From Proteiniphilum sp. (GTDB taxonomy: Bacteria > Bacteroidota > Bacteroidia > Bacteroidales > Dysgonomonadaceae): 43,296 nucleotides of DNA. How positions within the stretch are numbered: position 1 is the stretch's first letter; the number at the start of each line of letters is the position of its first letter. Below the pieces are notes generated by a model. That model saw nothing but the letters and a program-made list of their open reading frames with translations, did no database searches and was not told the origin of the DNA. Positions 38,876-43,296 of this stretch are shown here, piece by piece. Location of the stretch: the NCBI GenBank assembly GCA_016649795.1, contig JAENWZ010000001.1, positions 1 to 43,296 of the forward strand. The letters run 5' to 3'. The translations under genes were made by a program, and so were the position numbers.

Positions 38876-41464
38876 TTAGTTTCTGAAAAACACCGTGTCG
38901 TCAATTGCATCGATGATGATCGGCTTCGATTTATCGACTGTGCCGGCAAGCATATCCTTTGAGAGCTGATTCAGCACCTTGCGTTGAATAACCCTCTTCA
39001 CCGGTCGTGCCCCGAACTCTGGATCAAAACCGGCCCGTGAGATGCATCTCAGCGCTTCATCTGAATATTGAAGTTCGATTCCGTTTTCAGCAAGCATCAT
39101 ACGTACACCCTCCAGTTGCAGTCGAACGATTTGCTCAATCTCCTCTTCTTTCAGCGGCGAGAACATGACGATGTCATCGATACGATTCAGAAATTCGGGA
39201 CGGATGGTCTGTTTCAAGATATTCAACACCTTATTCTTCGTATTTTCGATGATCTCCTCCCTGTTCACAGGGGTCATTTTCTCGAAGCTCTCACGTATCA
39301 GGGCAGATCCTAAGTTGGAGGTCATGATGATGATGCTATTCTTGAAGTTCACCACCCTCCCCTTGTTGTCGGTCAGGCGTCCGTCGTCGAGCACCTGCAA
39401 CAGGATATTGAACACGTCGGGATGTGCTTTCTCTATCTCGTCGAACAACACCACCGAGTAGGGCTTGCGACGGATCGCTTCCGTCAGCTGTCCCCCCTCG
39501 TCATACCCCACATATCCCGGAGGTGCACCAATCAGGCGCGTAGCGCTGAACTTCTCCTGGTACTCACTCATGTCTATACGGGTCATCATGTTCTCATCGT
39601 CGAACAGATACTCCGCCAGGGCTTTGGCCAGCTCTGTCTTCCCCACCCCTGTTGTTCCGAGAAAGATAAAAGAACCGATAGGTCGTTTCGGATCACTCAA
39701 TCCGGCACGGTTGCGCCGTACGGCATCGGAGACGGCCATGATAGTCTCATCCTGTCCGATCACACGCTTGTGTAGCTCCTCCTCAAGGTGCAGCAGCTTC
39801 TCGCGCTCGCTCTGCAGCATCTTGCTCACGGGGATACCCGTCCAGCGTGCTACTACATCGGCGATATCACCGGCGTCTACCTCCTCCTTGATCATGGCAC
39901 TACTACCTTGTCGGTCGTGCAGTTCCCTCTGCAACAGTTCTATCTCGTTCTCCTTCTCTTTGATCTTGCCGTAGCGCAGTTCAGCCACCTTGCCATAGTC
40001 GCCCTCACGCTCGGCACGTTCAGCCTCAAACCGGGCATCTTCAATTTCTATCTTGTGCTGCTGGATCTTGTTGATCAGCTCCTTTTCTGATTGCCATTTG
40101 GCCTTATATTCCGATTCCTCAGCCTTCAGATCCTCTATCTGTCTGGTCAGCATATCCTCTTTCGGTTGGTCTCTCTCGCGACGGATCGCCTCCCGTTCAA
40201 TTTCCAGCTGCTTCACCCGTCTCATGATCTCATCCAGTTCCTCGGGAACAGAATCCACCTCCATACGCAGCTTGGCCGATGCCTCATCCATCAGGTCGAT
40301 TGCTTTATCGGGCAGAAAACGATCGGTGATATAACGGTGCGACAGCTGCACAGCGGCGATGATAGCCTCATCCATGATGCGCACCTTGTGATGATTTTCG
40401 TACCGCTCTTTCAGTCCGCGTAGGATGGAGATGCTATCCGCCTCGTTCGGCTCATCCACTGTCACCGTCTGAAAACGCCGTTCCAGCGCTTTGTCTTTTT
40501 CAAAATACTTCTGGTACTCATCCAGTGTGGTAGCACCAATAGCCCGCAACTCACCCCTTGCCAGGGCAGGTTTCAGGATATTGGCGGCATCCATCGCACC
40601 CTCACTCTTACCGGCACCCACGAGCGTGTGGATCTCGTCGATAAAGAGAATAATTTCACCTTCTGCTTTAACAACCTCGTTGATGACCGATTTCAGTCGC
40701 TCTTCAAACTCCCCTTTGTATTTCGCACCGGCAATCAGCGATCCCATATCGAGGGAGTAGATCTGCTTGCTCTTCAAATTCTCGGGTACGTCGCCGCGCA
40801 CAATGCGGAAAGCCAGCCCTTCGGCTATGGCGGTCTTACCCGTCCCCGGCTCTCCAATGAGGATGGGGTTGTTCTTGGTACGCCGGCTCAGGATCTGCAG
40901 CACGCGGCGAATCTCCTCATCGCGACCGATCACCGGGTCGAGCTTGCCGTTACGGGCACGCTCCGTAAGGTTGACGGCATATTTGCCCAGCGACTGATAG
41001 GTCTCCTCTGCCGACTGGCTGGTCACCTTCTCCCCTTTGCGCAGCTCCTGAACAGCGGCCTGCAGCTGATTGAGTGAAACACCTGCATCCTTCATGATCT
41101 GCGATGCCGTATTCTTTTCATTGACAAGTGCCATCAGCAGATGTTCAATCGACACAAACTGATCACCCATCTTGCCGGTGAAGTCCGTCGCTTTCTGTAA
41201 AACAGCGTTGGTTTCACGGCTCAACATCGGATCACCGCCCGATACCCGCGGGTAAGACTCAATCTCCTTGACGACCACTGTCTCCAGTTGACGCACGTTG
41301 ACGCCCAGCTTCTGAAAAAGGAAGCTAGTCACGTTCTCACCGACCAGCATCACACCCTTGAGCAGGTGTGCCGGTTCAATCATCTGCTGGTTGTTGCCCT
41401 GCGCCAGATCGATCGCTTTCTGTGCTGCCTCCTGGGCTTTTATGGTGAAATTGTTGAAATTCAT
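38876..41464 (-). CDS. clpB: Chaperone ClpB
   Basis: Two AAA+ modules ([16 protein letters not shown]), long coiled-coil M domain, [12 protein letters not shown]; 862 aa. Confidence 0.97.
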   Translation of the reverse strand: MNFNNFTIKAQEAAQKAIDLAQGNNQQMIEPAHLLKGVMLVGENVTSFLFQKLGVNVRQLETVVVKEIESYPRVSGGDPMLSRETNAVLQKATDFTGKMGDQFVSIEHLLMALVNEKNTASQIMKDAGVSLNQLQAAVQELRKGEKVTSQSAEETYQSLGKYAVNLTERARNGKLDPVIGRDEEIRRVLQILSRRTKNNPILIGEPGTGKTAIAEGLAFRIVRGDVPENLKSKQIYSLDMGSLIAGAKYKGEFEERLKSVINEVVKAEGEIILFIDEIHTLVGAGKSEGAMDAANILKPALARGELRAIGATTLDEYQKYFEKDKALERRFQTVTVDEPNEADSISILRGLKERYENHHKVRIMDEAIIAAVQLSHRYITDRFLPDKAIDLMDEASAKLRMEVDSVPEELDEIMRRVKQLEIEREAIRRERDQPKEDMLTRQIEDLKAEESEYKAKWQSEKELINKIQQHKIEIEDARFEAERAEREGDYGKVAELRYGKIKEKENEIELLQRELHDRQGSSAMIKEEVDAGDIADVVARWTGIPVSKMLQSEREKLLHLEEELHKRVIGQDETIMAVSDAVRRNRAGLSDPKRPIGSFIFLGTTGVGKTELAKALAEYLFDDENMMTRIDMSEYQEKFSATRLIGAPPGYVGYDEGGQLTEAIRRKPYSVVLFDEIEKAHPDVFNILLQVLDDGRLTDNKGRVVNFKNSIIIMTSNLGSALIRESFEKMTPVNREEIIENTKNKVLNILKQTIRPEFLNRIDDIVMFSPLKEEEIEQIVRLQLEGVRMMLAENGIELQYSDEALRCISRAGFDPEFGARPVKRVIQRKVLNQLSKDMLAGTVDKSKPIIIDAIDDTVFFRN

Positions 41465-41617
41465 AGGACTGTCTTTTTTATATCGTTATGATTGAAACCT
41501 GATTCCATCACGTCAATGACCTTGTTTATATGAACAAAGAACCGGGACAGATTGTTAACACTGCCTCATTCTTTCTGTTTCGACGTTCACGAATCACAGA
41601 TTTACAACAAGATATGG

Positions 41618-41657
41618 TCAAAATCTTTGCCAAAGGGAAAAATATGACTTTTTGTCA
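41618..41657 (-). promoter_or_regulatory. Sigma54-like -24/-12 element (TGGCAAAGATTTTGA) plus TGAC-N5-GTCA palindrome upstream of clpB
   Basis: Spacing matches TGGCACG-N4-TTGC at 41618-41632; palindrome at 41645-41657. Confidence 0.5.
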
Positions 41658-41703
41658 GAATAACATAGGATTACATTTTTAAATACATCATAAACAATAG
41701 GAA

Positions 41704-42000
41704 ATGGGTTTTTTAAGAGATATATTCAAATTGTCAGGTAAGGACGAATTAAAGGAGAAGGTTCAAAAGGGTGCATTGTTACTAGATGTGCGTAGTCTGG
41801 AAGAATATTATTGCGGGCATACTGCTGGTTCTGTAAATATCCCGTTGTTCCTTTTACCAGTTGAAATGGAAAAGTTCAGCAAAGAGACTCCCATTGTTGC
41901 GGTTTGTGAAAGCGGAGCACGAAGCGAACAGGCCGTCAATTTCCTAAAAAGTAAGGGATTCGAAGCATACAACGGTGGTGGATGGAAATCATTTAAATAA
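41704..42000 (+). CDS. Rhodanese-like domain protein
   Basis: LLDVRSLEEY..GH..GSVNIPL, active-site loop CESGARS. Confidence 0.88.
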   Translation: MGFLRDIFKLSGKDELKEKVQKGALLLDVRSLEEYYCGHTAGSVNIPLFLLPVEMEKFSKETPIVAVCESGARSEQAVNFLKSKGFEAYNGGGWKSFK

Positions 42001-43296
42001 TCTCCAACTGCTCCACCGCTTCCACCAAGCGGATAAACTCGCGGCGATAACCGTTGGGGTCATCATCCAAACCTCTTCGGGCTAATTGAACAACTTTGGC
42101 GTAGGTAGCGTCCCCTTTAAAATCAGAATCACGCAGCAATTGCCCGAACATGGCGACAGCCATAGTGAAATTGAAATCGGATGAAGCTGTAAGGTTAGCA
42201 GCCAAAACAGGAACTTCCAGTTTCTTACTTATCTCTTCGTTTGGCTCTTTGTAACGCAGCTTCACGGTCAGCAACTCTTTGGTATCGCTGAATTTGGGCA
42301 GCGAACTATCTGTTTTCTGTTGCTGATATTTCAATTTATCCACTTTGCCGACGGGTATTTCAACACCCACGGGAACAATTTCGTACAGAGCCGTAACGGT
42401 ATGTCCGGCTCCCAGTTCACCTGCGTCTTTGGTGTCTTCGTTGAAATCTTCCTCTTCCAGCAACCGGGTTTCGTAGCCAATTAAACGATAAGCATTCACA
42501 AAATTAGGATTGAATTCAACCTGTAGCTTCACATCTTTTGCCACGGCGTACATGGTGCTGCCAAACTCGTTTACCAGCACTTTGTTGGCTTCCTGCAGGT
42601 TATCGATATAAGCATGATTGCCATTACCCTTCTGTGCCAGTGTCTGTAGCTTGCTGTCCTTATAATTACCCATTCCATAACCCAGCACAGTTAAATAAAT
42701 GCCCGACTGACGCTTCTGCTCAATCAACGCCTCGAGCCCTTCGGTAGAAGAAACACCCACATTAAAATCGCCATCGGTACAGAGGATTACCCTATTATTA
42801 CCGCCTTTCATCATGTTCTTTTCAGCAATATTATAGGCCAACTGAATGCCTGCACTGCCCGCAGTGGAGCCCCCGGCATGAAGGTTCTCCAGCGCTTCAA
42901 TAATTTTTTGTTTATCTGAACCGCTTGTCGAAGGCAATGCTTCGCCCGCCGCCCCGGCATAGGTAACGATTGCTACCCTGTCTGTCGGTCGCAAGTTGTT
43001 CACAAGCAGCCTCATCGATGATTTCACGAGCGGCAACTTATCCACACCGTACATCGATCCCGACACATCAATCAGAAATACGAAATTGCTTGCAGGCAAC
43101 GTTTCCGAAGGGATCTCTTTCGCCTTCACGCCAATACGCACCAATTGCGTATTCCTGTTCCAGGGACAGAGAGCAGTTTCGGTAATGATCCTTACCGGAT
43201 GTCCGTCTGTCGGCTGCGGATAATTGTAGCTGAAATAATTGATCATCTCCTCCACCCTCACGGCATCTTTTTGGGGTAGTTGTCCCTGGTTGATCA
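41993..43296 (-). CDS. YfbK-like vWA-domain protein (DUF3520), 5' part outside the window
   Basis: Frame is open to the window end (INQGQLPQKDAVRVEEMINYF); MIDAS DVSGS, TDGDFNVG, AKDVKLQVEFNP, YRLIGYE. Confidence 0.88.
   Translation of the reverse strand, partial: INQGQLPQKDAVRVEEMINYFSYNYPQPTDGHPVRIITETALCPWNRNTQLVRIGVKAKEIPSETLPASNFVFLIDVSGSMYGVDKLPLVKSSMRLLVNNLRPTDRVAIVTYAGAAGEALPSTSGSDKQKIIEALENLHAGGSTAGSAGIQLAYNIAEKNMMKGGNNRVILCTDGDFNVGVSSTEGLEALIEQKRQSGIYLTVLGYGMGNYKDSKLQTLAQKGNGNHAYIDNLQEANKVLVNEFGSTMYAVAKDVKLQVEFNPNFVNAYRLIGYETRLLEEEDFNEDTKDAGELGAGHTVTALYEIVPVGVEIPVGKVDKLKYQQQKTDSSLPKFSDTKELLTVKLRYKEPNEEISKKLEVPVLAANLTASSDFNFTMAVAMFGQLLRDSDFKGDATYAKVVQLARRGLDDDPNGYRREFIRLVEAVEQLEII

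Noticed and set aside
39068-41491. Multiple + strand ORFs within clpB
   Set aside because: Antisense shadows of a GC-richer gene with no independent support.

Overview
This is a 43.3 kb core-genome segment from a Bacteroidales bacterium. TAnnTTTG -7 promoter boxes, gene content and gene order suggest a Dysgonomonadaceae-like organism (inference). Gene order: GH92 alpha-mannosidase (partial), long-chain acyl-CoA ligase, carA plus two tandem full-length carB paralogs, a GT4-fusion/GH130/GT4 operon, SIMPL protein, a galM-MFS-galK locus with a Nudix/NrtR-family regulator, HlyC/CorC protein, NTP transferase, arfB, TetR-fabG-rluA, DUF3109, CPBP protease, tig-clpP-clpX, recQ, dxs-trkA-trkH (pseudogene), clpB, rhodanese and a YfbK-like vWA protein (partial). 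No rRNA, tRNA, CRISPR array, transposase or phage gene was seen. Most notable: (1) a cytoplasmic three-gene glycan synthesis/turnover operon whose product I cannot assign; (2) a second CarB that keeps its catalytic motifs but diverges at the presumed CarA-interface/ammonia-tunnel patches, so it may be a CarA-independent, ammonia-using CPS; (3) an in-phase inverted octamer array between the carB genes and a heptamer array that appears to have mediated a trkH deletion; (4) several structured intergenic elements and candidate operators.
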